Below are positions 39,249 to 52,999 of a stretch of DNA of 64,000 nucleotides, piece by piece. Positions within the stretch are counted from its first letter, which is position 1, and the number at the start of each line of letters is the position of its first letter. The translations under genes were made by a program, and so were the position numbers. The notes beneath the pieces were generated by a model. It saw only the letters and a program-made list of their open reading frames with translations. It ran no database searches and was not told the origin of the DNA. Origin of the DNA: Nemertoderma westbladi (taxonomy: Eukaryota; Animalia; Xenacoelomorpha); contig JAUCBJ010009120.1 of the NCBI GenBank assembly GCA_032718475.1, positions 41,909-105,908 of the forward strand, read 5' to 3'.

Positions 39249-40801
39249 CCCTATTAAACCCGGGGGGGGGGTCAATATGACCCCCCCCGTGGTTTTTTTA
39301 TTATAATTCTGAAACAAAGGCAGTTGGGAATCTGAAATTTTATGACTTTTCCTAAAAATCTATTGTCTTCCTAGTAGTGAAAACCGTTTTCAAAAATATT
39401 GGGTACTTTTCGAGTTATAGCACCATTTTTTAACCCTACTTTTGGCACTTTTTTTGAGACGTTTTTTGAAAATTACATTTCATTAAATATGAATTGTAAC
39501 ATCTCTATTTTTGATTTACACCGGTTTTTTGGTGTTAGAAATTTGATGGAATTCATATAAATTGATTTAGAAATTTCAAACTTGTTTTTTTCGGCGGGTG
39601 CCAAATTTTGGTGCCAGCACCAAATTTCGAAATAAGTCAATTTTGTAAATTGATCGTTTGAAACTTGTTTTTTACGCAATTGGGGTTTTTTGGGTTTCTG
39701 GATTCGATGAAATATATACGAGTTGCACCAAGCGTATCAAACTTGTATTTTTCGGTGCTGTGTGCAAATTTTGGTGCTAGCACGAAATTTTGAAAATCCA
39801 TTCAATAGATAAAATTGCTTGTGACAATTTATTTCTTGCGTTTTAGAGGTTTATGGCTGTTCTGAATTCAATGGAAAATATAATTATCGATCTAGACATC
39901 TCAAACTTGTATTTTTCGGATGTGGGTGCAAAATTTGGTGCTAGCACCAAATTTTGAAAACCATCAAATATATAAATTGATTGTGTCACCTTGTTTCTTG
40001 CGTTATACGGGTTTGTGATGGTTCTGAATTCAATGGAATCAGTAAAAATTTCATAAGAGTTCTCAAACTTGTATTTTTCGCCGGTGGGTGAAAATTGTTG
40101 TGCCAGCACCAAATTTTGGAAAATATGCAAATTGATAAGTAGATAGTATCACCTTGTTTCTTGCGTTATACGGGTTTATGAGGGTCCTGAATCCGATGGA
40201 ATCAATAAAAACAGCACTGGACATCGCAAACTTGTACTTTTTGGTGATGGGTACGAAATTTGGTGCTAGCACCAAAATTTGCCAAATTACGCCGAAAAAT
40301 ACAAGTAGCAATGATCTGGCATATTAGAAATGTATTCCATTAGAATCAGCGCCCTCGAAAACCTGAAAATGTGAATTTATAGCATCGTATAAGTGAATTA
40401 CAAATTTTGTGTTCTAACTGAAAAGTGCTGGTTACTTGTTTTTTTCATTTTTTTCCTACGCAGAGAGGACTAAACAGCCATTTATAGTAATCATATCATT
40501 TTTTAATATTTTCCAATGTATTTTGCACCCCAGAAAACCTGTATTGAAAAATAATTAGCCGAAAATGTAACTTTCAAATTTTGTGAAAATTGTGCACTAC
40601 TTGTAATTTTGGTGCTGCAATATAACCACCCCAGTACATTTTTTCGAAAATTTTTTTTTTCGGTCGGATCCAGACAAGTGATACCTACGTACAAACAAAA
40701 AATCAGACGTTTTCGTAAATATTTGTAGATTTTAGAGGGGGGGGTCAATATGACCCCTCCCCGGTATTTGTACAACATTTTATAGCCCGGTACTAATAGG
40801 G
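39249..40801. mobile_element. Non-autonomous piggyBac-like element
   Basis: TTAA at 39245 and 40802; ends CCCTATTA...TAATAGGG; GGGGTCAATATGACCCC subterminal motif at both ends; internal degenerate repeats of about 170-180 bp. Confidence 0.88.
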
Positions 40802-40805
40802 TTAA

Positions 40806-40945
40806 GGATGCAAGGCAGAGATGCGCCCTCGCTGGTCCCTTTAAAGCATCGTGCCGAAACGAAAACTGCCCTGGCCAATGTGAGGATCGAACCCACGACC
40901 TACGGGAGATGTGAATTCAATGCAACCACTACACCAAGGTGGAAC
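40806..40945 (-). mobile_element. tRNA-derived SINE head; body probably continues at about 39080-39244 beyond the piggyBac-like insert
   Basis: Minus strand has A box TGGTGTAGTGG (40926-40936) and B box GGTTCGATCC (40884-40893) without a full cloverleaf. Confidence 0.7.
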
Positions 40946-41983
40946 CTTGTGTTGGGCCATGGCCTACACTCCTGCCTGCCACATGCAGGTCGCATTGGAG
41001 TGCACCTTAATGGAAATGATAGCACATCTACTCCTTACCAGCCATTCATAAATTACTACATATTTTAAAGAAAATCTCATTTTCGCCTCACTTATTAGGC
41101 CACACCTCACTCTTTATATGGCCTATTGTATTTATACATTTTTTAGATCGAGAATACAACTTGAAATAAATAGTTTTTTTCACATCAGTCACCCATGAAG
41201 GTCGATTAGGGTGTATGAAAAACACTGGACAACTGGTACCATATCTTACCTCGGCCTAAACTATGATAAATTTCCCGATTTGGTTGCCAAACATAAATAC
41301 ATTTATCGAATTGAAAATAATTATAGTTGAACCAATTAGAGTGATGCTATGCAGTTGATTTTTAGCTCATTGTAACTGCAGTGGTCGTGGATATAGTTGT
41401 AGTGGAGTCAGGTGTGGACAATATTTTTAGTGCTTCAAGTAATAAGGTCTAATTTACAATACACTCGCGACTGAAGGCTTTCACATTGATTCATATTATA
41501 GTTGGAACATTTTTGGTTGAGATATTAACTTATTTGCAGCTGATTGTAATCGCAATGGTGAAGTTGGAGTGGAGACATGTTTTGGGCAGGAAATACTTTA
41601 AATTTGAGAATGTATGGTAGATTTTCAAATATAGGGTACTTTGTACTCTTACAATTCAAAATGGTCTTCATTGTAAATTATTTTACAGTATATCCATCAT
41701 TGCGGTTGCATGAGCCCTAGATCGCTTCACAGCGCCACCCAAGTAATTAATAGTGCTATAAGTGGATACTGAAATAGCAGTGAGGTTGGGACGGGGCAAA
41801 TATTGATATAGTGGGCTGAAAATTGGTGTGCAAATGTTTTTCCACGCGGGTGTTACTTGCCACTTTAGAGACATAAAAAAAATGGGCCATTTATGTCCCT
41901 CCCTTTTGAGGGTGATGAAATTTCTTTACAATTATTTAATAACATCGCTTTGTTTTAGTAATAATAATATTTGTATTTCCTAG

Positions 41984-44900
41984 TTGACCAATACAAAGAT
42001 ATGGATCATCTGTATGAGGTCGATATTTACACAGGTAACCGGTGGGGATCGTCGACTAAATGTAAAGTTTTTATCACACTCATCGGAGATTTAGGGAAAA
42101 GCAGCGCATATGAAATCGTTGATAACCATAAAAATCTGTTCCAGAGATCTAATAGAGATGTTATCATAATTGCTACCCGAAATCTTGGCAATATCCAAAG
42201 AGTACAACTCACCATCTTACCTTGTAAGGGTAGAGACAATGAATGGTATCTCAGTCGTATCCACGTCTTAGATATTCATACACATAACACATGGTACTTT
42301 CATTACGGTAATTGGATCCAGCCTGCTCAATCCGATATATCCACTGAATTGAAAATTATCATGGATGGCACACCAAATGAGTTAGTTCAACGTAAAGAGT
42401 TACTTCCTCAATTCTTCCGATTATTTTGTGTTCACCATGCGACATATTCCATATTCTCATCACAATCGATAAAACAATTCACTTACATCCGCAGGATCAC
42501 CTTCATACATCTCCTAATAACATCAATGATAGCATTTAATACGTACAGGTTTTTTAAGAAATCGTCTGGCGTTAAGAATGCACGAGGTTGGTTTAGATTA
42601 ACTTCTGAGTTCGGCACTGAACCTTATATTTTAGTAGAATCAATCTATTCAGCAACCGTTGGATTTATTGTTTATAGTATTTTTGTGGGGGCATTCATGT
42701 TTGTCCGCGAGAAAATGAATGTAGTGAGAATACAAAGAAAACAACGATATCGCTTGTCGGATTCCGCTAATGAGTCGAAGAAAGGATTCGAGAAATTAAA
42801 TATTCCAGTTGATTCCGAAAAATATGACAGTAGTGTTCCCAATTCTCCCTTATCAGTATTGGAATCAATTCAGTTTTATATTTGGGTGGTAGCTCTAATT
42901 ATTTGTATACTCAATACCATATATGTACTTGTCATGACTTTGTACGACAGAGACCACCAAAAGTACCTAGATTTGTTAATGACAACTATTATAGGTTTTA
43001 TTATATGGATTTTAATTCTGGAACCTCTCAAAGTTATTGCAATATTTTCCTATCCTTTTTATTTCTCAAAGAAGCCCAAGTTAGAACATGGCGACGCGGT
43101 GAAACTGAGTGAAGATATGAAGGATCTGCAAGATGATTACAACCAAGGACACAAAACCAAAATAAAACGTTCCGCAATAAGTCCAACCATGAAGAATCTA
43201 ATTAAAATGATCTTTTACTTTCTCATTGTAGCTAATGTCTCGGTAATAGCTTACTACAAAGAAACGAGGATCGCATATAAAGCAGTTACTAATGTTAAAG
43301 ATAATTTTTTTGGAGAAGTTGATTTGGTAGAAAATAAAGATGATTTCTGGCTTTGGTTGTACTATGGTTTCCTTCCCAGTGTGTATAGTACAGCTGACAA
43401 GAGCATAGATGGAAATATAGTACCAAAAGCCGACCAAATGGGAAAGCGTGTTGGAGCAGTGCGTTTAAGGCAGCACCGTGTTAAACCATGGAGTAAAGAC
43501 AAACTCACCCTGCAATACAGCTTACTTAGAACCAAGGGTCACCATCTAATTCCTCTAAGTGAAATCAGGAACAAATGGGATGACAAATTGATAAGAAGAA
43601 ATCGAGAATTTTCTAGATCCATTTTGAGTAGCAGTAGAAAAAGAAGACGGTTACTTTCAGCGAAAGCTGTTTCTCTGGATAATAAAGAGATTCAAAGAAA
43701 TTCAGCAGTGAGATCTAAGTATTCCCTAGAATTAAACAGTCCGTTAAATAGCAGCCAATGTTCGTGGCTTAGCGATCACTGCCGCCCTAAATACACCACA
43801 GACACAGCCGATAAGGAATGTTATTCTGAAGGTTACAAAGATGTGCGAAACACAGTACCAAAGGACACCAAAGGATGGTTCTTTTGCCATTCAGAATCGA
43901 AAGAGGGAAGTGATCCGACAGTAGGCTATTTTTCGAATTATCCCCAAGGAGGATATACAGCTGTCCTAAGAGATGAACTCTCAAATGTTTCATTTTATAA
44001 TGAAATCTCCCACGTAGTAAGTGAGCATTTGAGGGATACATATTGGATTGACGAATATACTAGAGCTGTGTTTGTGGAATTTACTTTGTATCATGCCAAT
44101 TACGATCTCTTGTGTCCATCAAGCGTTTTGTTCGAGTTTGGGGCATCTGGAAACACAGTGACTAAGGTCTATGTAGATGCGATGCCCATGCATCAGTATG
44201 GCATGAAGATAATTATTGTGCAGGCATTATTTTATGTCCTCGCAATAATACAATTTCTAGAATTGTTGAATGAGTTTATGGAAGCTAAATTCCAGTTCAT
44301 GATTCGGTATCGTTTTGATAACATAATATTTCTAGGAAGCTCGGTATCCGAAATGTACTATTTCAGTTTACGGGATTCTTCGGCTAGAGAGGTGATTCAC
44401 ATGCTGAATACGAGAGATCCTTCCGAGTACATATACCCTTGGAATCTGGTACATGCAGAGAATTACTTGAATCTAAGCATGGGTCTCATAATATTTAACC
44501 TTACTCTGAAACTCATTAGCCTCCTCAGTAAGGAACGCGCTATACGAACCATCTTATTGACTATGAAACTTGCCGGAAGTTCTATAATTGCCGTATGGGT
44601 GTTGTTCTTTCTTATGAGTCTATTTTTTGCGCTTGTTGGTCAAATGTTGTTGTGCAACAAAGATGTTAACTATAGTTCTTTGTCTCGTTCGATAGCCTCT
44701 GTGTATCTCTTCACTCTAGGAGAAGTTGATTATGAAGCGATTATGTCTCTAGGAAAGTTAGGATATTTCTACTTTATTGTAATATCATGGGTTCTAATCT
44801 TTGTCATGTTTCCACTTAAAGCCGCTATTATTGTAACCACCTACCGACAAGCGATAGAGATGGAGGATGAAGATCTTGTCGAAGATGCTTTTGAGATGAT

Positions 44901-45066
44901 GGAGAGATTAGTAAAGGCGACGATCAAGGAAATTGAAAGCGTGTTTCGTTTCGTTGGAGATAATACAGAGAGCCAAACAAGCAGTAAGAAACTGACGAAA
45001 CATAAACGTAGGCCAACTGGGGGGACAGCAGAATCAGGAGTGTCTGTGGAACCTCCTACTGGGTAG
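41984..45066 (+). CDS. Polycystin-1 family (PKD1L/PKDREJ-like) large terminal exon: PLAT domain, TM segments, polycystin channel domain
   Basis: YEVDIYTG...WYLSRIHV (PLAT), LEPLKV, GAVRLRQHRVK, Y..GGY, WIDEYTRAVFVEFTLY. In-frame stop at 41965 and acceptor TTGTATTTCCTAG ending at 41983 indicate the TTG start in the ORF track is not real. Confidence 0.93.
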
Positions 45067-47560
45067 AAGGACAGCCTACTCTTCTATAGAGGTCAAGAAT
45101 AAACAAGATTCACAAGAATAGAATACATATTATACTGTATGTAAACTGCAACTAATACATATAAACTGTAAAGTAATTATAAATACAAATGTATGTAAGT
45201 ATAAACTATAATGCAACTAACAACAATGTACGTAAACTGTGAAACCATAATGCACCCTGTCCTGGTACATCCGTGAGTTGGAGTGAGTCAGAATTTTTAT
45301 ATTCTCTTTCATTCTTTAGCTACAAGCGTTTGTAAAAAGTGTCTCTGTCGGTATTATGCACCAGTTACACCGGAGTTATTCTTCAACCTTATAGTGATTT
45401 TTTGGTACAGTTAGAAAGAAAGCTGGCCATGCATGGATTCAAAATAAGTAACACATTCTGTTGAAAAATAGCTGCTGATATATGAGCGTTCAAATGTTGC
45501 ATGGTTTTGCACCTTCGCGAGGCTATTTTATTTTATTTCCTCGTTCTCATTTCAGTAACGCGGCTAGTTCAAGGGGCCGGTCGCAGTCAGCTTAGGTCGT
45601 GAGAACACCGAAGTCACTGCTGTACCACTTGTAATAGTAACCGTGTCTCCAGAACATTTACCAGGTACGCCACGAGGTACAAGTACTAGTAATTATTGAA
45701 ATCCCACCATTCGGCGCCAATACGTCTTTGTGCGGGGAAAGATTCACAAATGCTGCCCCCCCCCCCCCCCGCTTTACCCCCTACCACTCTGCACACTCCC
45801 CCCTTTGTCCCACAGAGTTCCAATGCTCCCAATGTTAACCCTTGTTGCTTCCACTATAGATAATCGCGATTTATAGCGCTGAGTTAAGTGCTCCAACTTT
45901 ACAATGTCGCATTAAACTATTCCAGAATTTTCTACAGGCCCGTATAATTGATGGTCGCAGGTTAACCTAGAACCTTTTGATGGTATCGCTGCTAAATGGC
46001 CTGGATTTATCATCTAGTTTGAAAGCGTTATATCACGATACCGTTCCATCACTCGCTTTAAAAATGGCTATTAAGACGTTTATATTGCTATACGCATTTA
46101 GTTACTAATGAGTCTAGCAAACAACTTAAAAACCTACCTGAAGTAAAAATGGGTTAAACACATTATGCCACTTTGAAAGAATTTTCAATAAAACACAACT
46201 GGTGCTATTATCAGATTAAAACGATGCGGTTATACCGTCGAATTGTTTGCTAACAACAACATTGATGACGTCATGGCAACAATTATAGTAAAGGAGTTTT
46301 AGATAATCGTCCCCAACAACCATCACTAGAACATTTAAATAGTTGGATTGCATAAAACTAGAACGCGCTAGAATTGCTGATGGCAGTTTACAGGCGGCAA
46401 GTAGTAATAAACTCAATATTTCGGAAAAGTCGGTTCAGTCAAATAAAAAAAATGCACCACGAATAGAAATAAAATCAGATTTCCGACAATGGTCTAACTA
46501 GAACGCCATCAAGATGGCTTTAAACGAACCTGTCTTACACAGACTCCAAGAAACAGATGGGATTGGAAGATGCAAACCAAGAATGACTTGCATCAACCAA
46601 AAAACTGCCTCCCATCTAATGTAATACACATTCGCCTAGGCAAACAAATCATAATCACAATTACTACGATGATGTGTGAAATGGTATCCATATCCGCAAC
46701 CTGAGAAACGGCCCAAAAGAGCAGTTTATTCTGCGGAGGGGTCTTTTCTGTATTAGATAAATAAAATAAAGAACACTATAATTACAGTATTTATACCTGA
46801 TACATTCTCAGTTAGCCTAATAAAAACATCGGAGCAACCAATATAATGTACATGTACAAGCATCCTATGAAAGTTTGTGAAATGTTCCCTTAAGTCTACC
46901 CAACAGCCGTTGGTACCCGGCTGGCAGCCACCCTGGTTCAGTTTTATGGTTTTGTTAGTTTAATCGACAGCTGTTGTAAACGTCCCAGATATACAAAACC
47001 TACTAAGCCTTTGCATTACAATTGAGCTTAGCCTAAGTTGATGACAGTATTATAACGATGACAATTAGGCCCTATAGATACATACGATATATAAATGATG
47101 TACTGCTTGACATTACACTAACTGGCTGAATAGAGATAGAACTATAATAATACGTTTGGCATTCTGTCAGATTTCAGTAGTAAGTAACCTCATAATAATT
47201 GCTAAATATCAATCACCTGAAAAACATTTCAAGCAAGGGAGTTGTGGGTATTTAATTTCGCGTTCAATAATGTTGAAAATATGCAAATATTTCGAATATC
47301 GCACTTCGAATCGTTCCCAACTTTTTTATTCAACAACTAGACAACAATTGATAAATACTTGCGTTTACAATTTTACAATGCATGCAAGTGGTTTCAAGCC
47401 ATTTGGTGAACATACATAGTGAGTGATATAGTGACATATATAGTGATATAGGTAAATATATCCATCGTGTTTTTGCCGGCCTCAGCTTTAGACAAAAACT
47501 ACCCAGTCTAAAGACAGGTTCGTTATTACTATACATGCGCCTACAATAGCAGCAATTCAT

Positions 47561-47574
47561 GCGCCATCTAGTGG
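47561..47574 (-). promoter_or_regulatory. CTCF-like motif CCACTAGATGGCGC
   Basis: Matches the CTCF core consensus CCASYAGRKGGCRS. Motif only, no functional evidence. Confidence 0.3.
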
Positions 47575-48190
47575 TGAAACTTTAAATTGAAATAATTTGA
47601 AAATCAAAGCGGTTCAAAAACAAAAATAATAATTATTTAAGTGGTGGCAAAAAAAGTAGACTTTTTGTTGAGCGTAGCGAGACAAATAAGAAAGCAAAAC
47701 TAAAATGTTACTCTTTGACACAACTTACGTCGTTTTATTGTTGTAAGTTTTCTATCACTTGTATCTGGGCCTATTTCAGCACAAATATCGTCCATCTAAG
47801 CTTCTCTCATAGTGAAATACAGGCATTACTACACCTTGGGTACCCATATTTTGACCAATTTTTTTCATATGAAAACGGCTGTTATAATGAGGTTTTTTTT
47901 TCTGAAATAAGTATTTGACCTTCTAACGGTAGGATGGTATTTTTTCCAAAAAATGTTCTTGAAAAAAATGTCTTCTAGAACAAAAATATTTATCAAAATT
48001 GATAACTAACACTTCTTCAATAACATTTAATAAAATAGTAGAAAAAAGGGTAACTGTTCCGTGTGCCACTACACTTTTTAAACATAAATCATTGTTTCTA
48101 TGGCAACCATGGAGAATTCTAGAACTCCATATAAATGTTATTTAGCTATTCTAGAACATAAATAAAATAAAATATAATGTTCTAGGTTCT

Positions 48191-48812
48191 AGGTTCTGCA
48201 AGGTGACACATTAGCACCATTACTATTTGTAATTGTGCTGGATTACGTAATGAGGACGGCCACAAAGGGTGAAGATCTGGGATTCACACTTCAAGAACGC
48301 AGAAGTTGTAGATATCCGGCAACTACAGTCACAGACACCGACTTTGCGGATGACATCGCCCTGCTCTCTAATACGCTAGCAGATGCACAGCTTCTACTAA
48401 ATAAAGTGGAGAGGGCTGCTAAGGAGGTTGGATTGCATATAAATGCTACAAAGACCGAATTCATGACCTTTAATGTTGATGGAAACTTGACAACCATTGA
48501 TAATAATCAACTAAGGAAGGTCGATGACTTCCAGTACCTTGGATCATGGATAGAGAGTAGCAAAAAGGACATAGAAGTTAGGAAAGCAAAGGCTTGGGCA
48601 GCTCTATCAAAAATGGATACCATCTGGAAATCAGATCTCTCCAGGCACCTGAAGACTAAGTTCTTTCGAGCCACAGTGGAAAGTGTATTTTTATACGGGA
48701 GTGAGACCTGGACACTGACTAATTCACTTGAACAACGAATTGATGGTTGCTACACAAGACTACTAAGGGCAGCCCTAAACATCAGCTGGAGACAACACAT
48801 GAGAAACGCCGA
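48191..48812 (+). mobile_element. Internal fragment of the same RTE family as 28659-29495
   Basis: GVLQGDTLAP, DFADD and YLGS motifs; protein nearly identical to ORF 28688-29494; homology ends after ISWRQHM.NA with no tail. Confidence 0.92.
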
Positions 48813-49037
48813 CGCCTTGCAGCTACGTATTGTTATAAACAAAATGTTCCAGAATATGGTACATTATTAAAAAGAATAAATGACATGCATGGGAAACAAA
48901 TACAGTACATGAAACATTACAATGCCCATTTCAATATTGACACAGCACAATATGAAATGACAATTCAAAATTCCCTCTCCACAAATACATACAATTTGAT
49001 TGGATTTAATCCAATGTACCACCAGTACACATCATTT

Positions 49038-50771
49038 TAGTAGTAGTATCGGCATGCGAGTTGCAGCTGCATTTTTAAGAATGCTGTGCCGGCTTGTCGA
49101 CAAAATTGCGCCGCCACAACTCCCTATCACCCATGACATTTGCTAGATCATCCGCATCTTCAAGGCCAGTGTCCTTTAAGATGCGTCTCAAGAAAGTCAT
49201 GGGCAGTCCACCATGATTATTCACTCCATGAGGCTGCCAAAGTACAAGATTATGCACTGGCTGGTCCTCACGGCGAAAGCAATGTCCTGCAAAGCGGAGG
49301 CGATTTTGTTCTAGTGTCAAGCTTTGGAGAACCAATGAGACACCTCCAATGTTATATAGTGTCTGGTTGGAGATGTGTGCATTGTACTTGACACAATGAA
49401 CCCGGTGTAGCATTCTTGTGAAAGTGCCATCCAGAGATTTGGTGTCCTCAGCAGTTAGAGCACAGCATGGACTCCCATAGATGAGTACTGGAACTACTGC
49501 TGCTCTAAATAATCGGACCTTAAGTTTCCGATTAATTCTCGGCGACTTCCAAATCCTGGAAAGCCTATTCAAGGCTGCCCATGCCTTTCCCTTACGTATT
49601 CGAAGGATCCATGATCCCAGGTAACAGAAGTCGTCCACATGCTCAAGCATACCATCCTTTGAGCTTATGCTCATCCGATCAGAGACTTGCTGAGAACTTT
49701 CAAAGTTAACTGTCAAAATTTTGGTCTTTCTGGAGTTAATAAAAAGACCAACACTAGAAGCAGCATGTTCTAATGAGCTGAGGAGCCGTTGGGCTCCCTC
49801 TAGTGATTCTGACAGTACTCCTAAGTCATCAGCAAAGTCTAGATCAGTTAGGTACTTGGCAGGATTTCCTCGACTTCTGGAGCCAGTAGGTGGAGTTATC
49901 ATCACCCCATCATCATTATGATGATCTAAGGACATGCGTAGAACATAGTCAACCACAATAATGAACAAGAATGGTGCAAGTGTGTCTCCCTGGAGGACGC
50001 CCCATAACACTTCAAATGGTTCTGTGTCACCATCAACAGTAGACACAAATGTTGTCGAACCATCGTATACTGATCTGATTACTGCAATAATTTCATCAGG
50101 AATCCCATATAATGAAAGTATGCTGAACATACGTGAGCGGGAGACTGAATCAAAGGCCTTGAAGAAGTCAACAAAGATAACAGCCAGATGCCTGTCTTTC
50201 TTTTTTTGATAACTCTTCAATTATCCTTCTAAGTGCCAAAATGGGCTCCATGGTCCCACGACCTTTACGGAACCCATTCTGATTTCCACGGAGCAGTCTC
50301 TCAATGGGATCCCTGATGCGATTTAATAGAATTCTATTGTATAGCTTTGCAGCAATCGAGATCAATGAGATTCCCCGAAAAGAACCATAGAGTGTTAGGT
50401 TGCCCTTCTTCGGAACTGGCACCAACTTATTTGTTTTCATTTCTTGTGGAACTCTTGTTTCTTCGGTACATGTCTACTATGATGGGATAGATGGGCTTTA
50501 AACACTCAGGTATTTTAAAGACCTCAGGGGGAACACCATCTACTCCACTGGCACGATTGGTCTTAATGCTCTTTGCAGCAGCCTTCACTTCTGCAAAGGA
50601 GATATCGCCAATTGGAATATCTGGGAGTACAGACTCAGACACTTTTACTTCTATAAAGTTATCAGGCAATACCCTGTCATTATTGAGGAGCTTTTCAAAG
50701 TGGGCCTTCCAACCATTGAGGCGATCGGCTGGTGATTCAGCCTTAACCTTGCAGACAAGGTTCTCGAGCAC
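49038..50771 (-). mobile_element. Degenerate second RTE-type LINE family (frameshifted RT)
   Basis: Three overlapping ORFs (ASGVDGVPPE; VPKKGNL..FRGISL..QNGFRKGRG; FVDFFKAFDSV, QGDTLAP, DFADD) form one RT with two frameshifts; short (CTA)n tail. Confidence 0.92.
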
Positions 50772-51318
50772 TAATTAATGACTCGCGGGCACTAAAGACC
50801 TGAGACATTAGTGGCCGCGGCCACGGACACTAACTGCGAGAGGCACTAATGTCCCCCAATCTTTAAAATATATTCCAAAACTGCCGCATGGTGGTGGACT
50901 GTAAATTACTCCACACATGTAAACAAAGCAGCCTGGCAGCATAGTAAAATTATTACCATGGCAATCAAATTCAAAGGGCAATGTGTCGAGTAATGGAATA
51001 TTCGCCTACCCATACCTAATGAGTGAGAGAGGAGCCACACATTTAACTACAATCAGCCAATAGCAGAATAGTAAGGAACTGATCCAAATTGTCAACATTT
51101 TAGTGAATGATAATATTCAGGCTAGTTCACGTTAGCAAGCTCAGTAATATTGTAAATCTATCCCACTTACCAACAGCCAACGTCATTGAATTAATGAGAA
51201 AGTTTAGAAAGTATTTCTGTCTAGCCAATATAGCAATCATCACATCTGCATCTCTGGTGCATTATTACCTCATTACTGCTATTGTTACGCTTCTATTTAT
51301 ATTAAACTGTACTATTCC

Positions 51319-51475
51319 TTTGTCTACACGTTCTATTATACTGTACGCTGGTACTAATCCTTTGTCTAGACGTTATATTAAACAGTACTATTATTTTGTC
51401 TAGACGTTATATTAAATAGTACTATTATTTTGTCTAGACGTTATATTAAATAGTACTAATATTTTGTGCAGACGT
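51319..51475. repeat. Short 34-bp minisatellite (TTTGTCTAGACGTTATATTAAAYAGTACTATTAT), about 4 copies
   Basis: Units at 51361, 51395 and 51429, with a diverged unit upstream. Confidence 0.85.
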
Positions 51476-52791
51476 CTAGACGGCGTTGTATTGCAATATT
51501 GTTATATAGGCATCGATGCGAACTGCGCTAATACATAAATAAAGGTGAATCATTACAAAGAAGGTCACTCTTGAAGGTGAGTGTAGTTACTTAGTTACCG
51601 TACGTCTTTTTTTCTACTTCATTCATTTCATACTTTGTCAGAGTGTTTTATAATTATATAATACAGTAATATGGCGTTATATTATAAAGAGAGGTTATAA
51701 CTACGTATTACTGTATTACCAATTTGCTTATAATTCATAATTCACGCTACGTTATTTTTTTGTAATTTTGGGTATTGTAAATAGATAGTAAAACAAAATG
51801 TTATATAGACAAATTGAATTCAAAATATGGAAATTAATGGACTATCTACAGACAAGGTGGCAAAGGAAAGGTAAGATTCTTAGTTAATTGTAATGTAAAA
51901 TAAAGTTACCGGTTGGGTTTTAGAAAATTATTTGAAATTAAAAAAACGGTAAGGGGAAGTAGCTTTTTACCCAAAGCAATAATCGAAACTTTATTTCACT
52001 TTGCGCTGAAAAGGTGAATTTGCACTAGAGACCACTTTTTTCACATGCGTCAAATTGACTATCTGAAGATTATATAGGACAGAGTGGTCCCATATGAAGT
52101 ATACCAAGACTTTCTGCTGTTATATTTCACTTTGCAGTTTACCGCCTTGTGAAGAATACCAGGTTTCACTAAAACCACAGGTTTCAGGTCACATATACTG
52201 TGTACACCATCAGTCCCGTCCCGGAATATAGTGTCTTGATTCAGTGACTTGACCCGACCAAAATGTTGCATGATTTTGAATTCGCGCGTAACTAAAAATT
52301 AAAGCGTAAAGCGTAACTAAACAATATGTGGGAACATTTTGTTTATACCTGAATACTGAATAGCTACATAATTGTTTCCCACCTGCACCTACTCATGAAA
52401 TAAATATAACATTATTATGCGTATATATTAAATAGAATTCCGTGTGCCCGGCACGAGTTGCGAATAGGTAGTTAAGTTAGTTGTAGTAAGGAACTACTGT
52501 CATACTCATTATTAATAATACAATACCATTCACTCTAGCTTTAATAACGGGTATTTCTATACAACAATCTGTCTATTCTTCACATGGCAGCATGGGCCCA
52601 TAAATCGCTATTTTAATTATAATATTAAGGTTATGTTTCTTATAACCCAATTTCACTTTTCGGTGAAAAATAAATTGTAGGGCCTATATTTTTTTTTAAA
52701 TATCTAAGATAATTCATCGCCCAGGTTACGGGAGCAATCATAGTTATATAAGTTGAATGTGGTCTATATCACGTAATCGGTATATAATAAT

Positions 52792-52835
52792 ACTAATGCT
52801 ATATTTCAGCCAACAGGCCTTTATCAAGCAGTAAT
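52792..52835 (-). ncRNA. Candidate minimal type I hammerhead ribozyme (U3-A8 variant)
   Basis: Minus strand: UGC UUGAUAA A GGCC UGUU GGCU GAAA UAUA GCA, giving stem I, core, stem II, GAAA and a palindromic AUAU stem III. Confidence 0.72.
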
Positions 52836-52999
52836 CAAATATGGGTCTAACCGGTAAGGATACTAGAAACTATACTACTGAAAACTATACTACTGACAAC
52901 TACTGCACCAATGACAAAAATACTGCTACCGGTAGGTATCTAGGTTGCACCTACCCCCCCCCCCCCCCCCCCCCCCTACTACTGTATAAAAGTTAATTT

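Noticed and set aside
39473-40778. Short minus-strand ORFs in the piggyBac-like element as a transposase
   Set aside because: They derive from internal tandem repeats and show no DDD transposase motifs.
40870-40945. Functional tRNA gene
   Set aside because: A and B boxes are present but no convincing acceptor or anticodon stems; treated as a SINE head.
52059-52271. 70-aa ORF or exon candidate left of Penelope
   Set aside because: No recognisable homology or clear splice partners.
52440-52475. Helitron-like 3' hairpin CGTGTGCCCGGCACG
   Set aside because: Followed by GGTAG rather than CTRR and no 5' end was identified.
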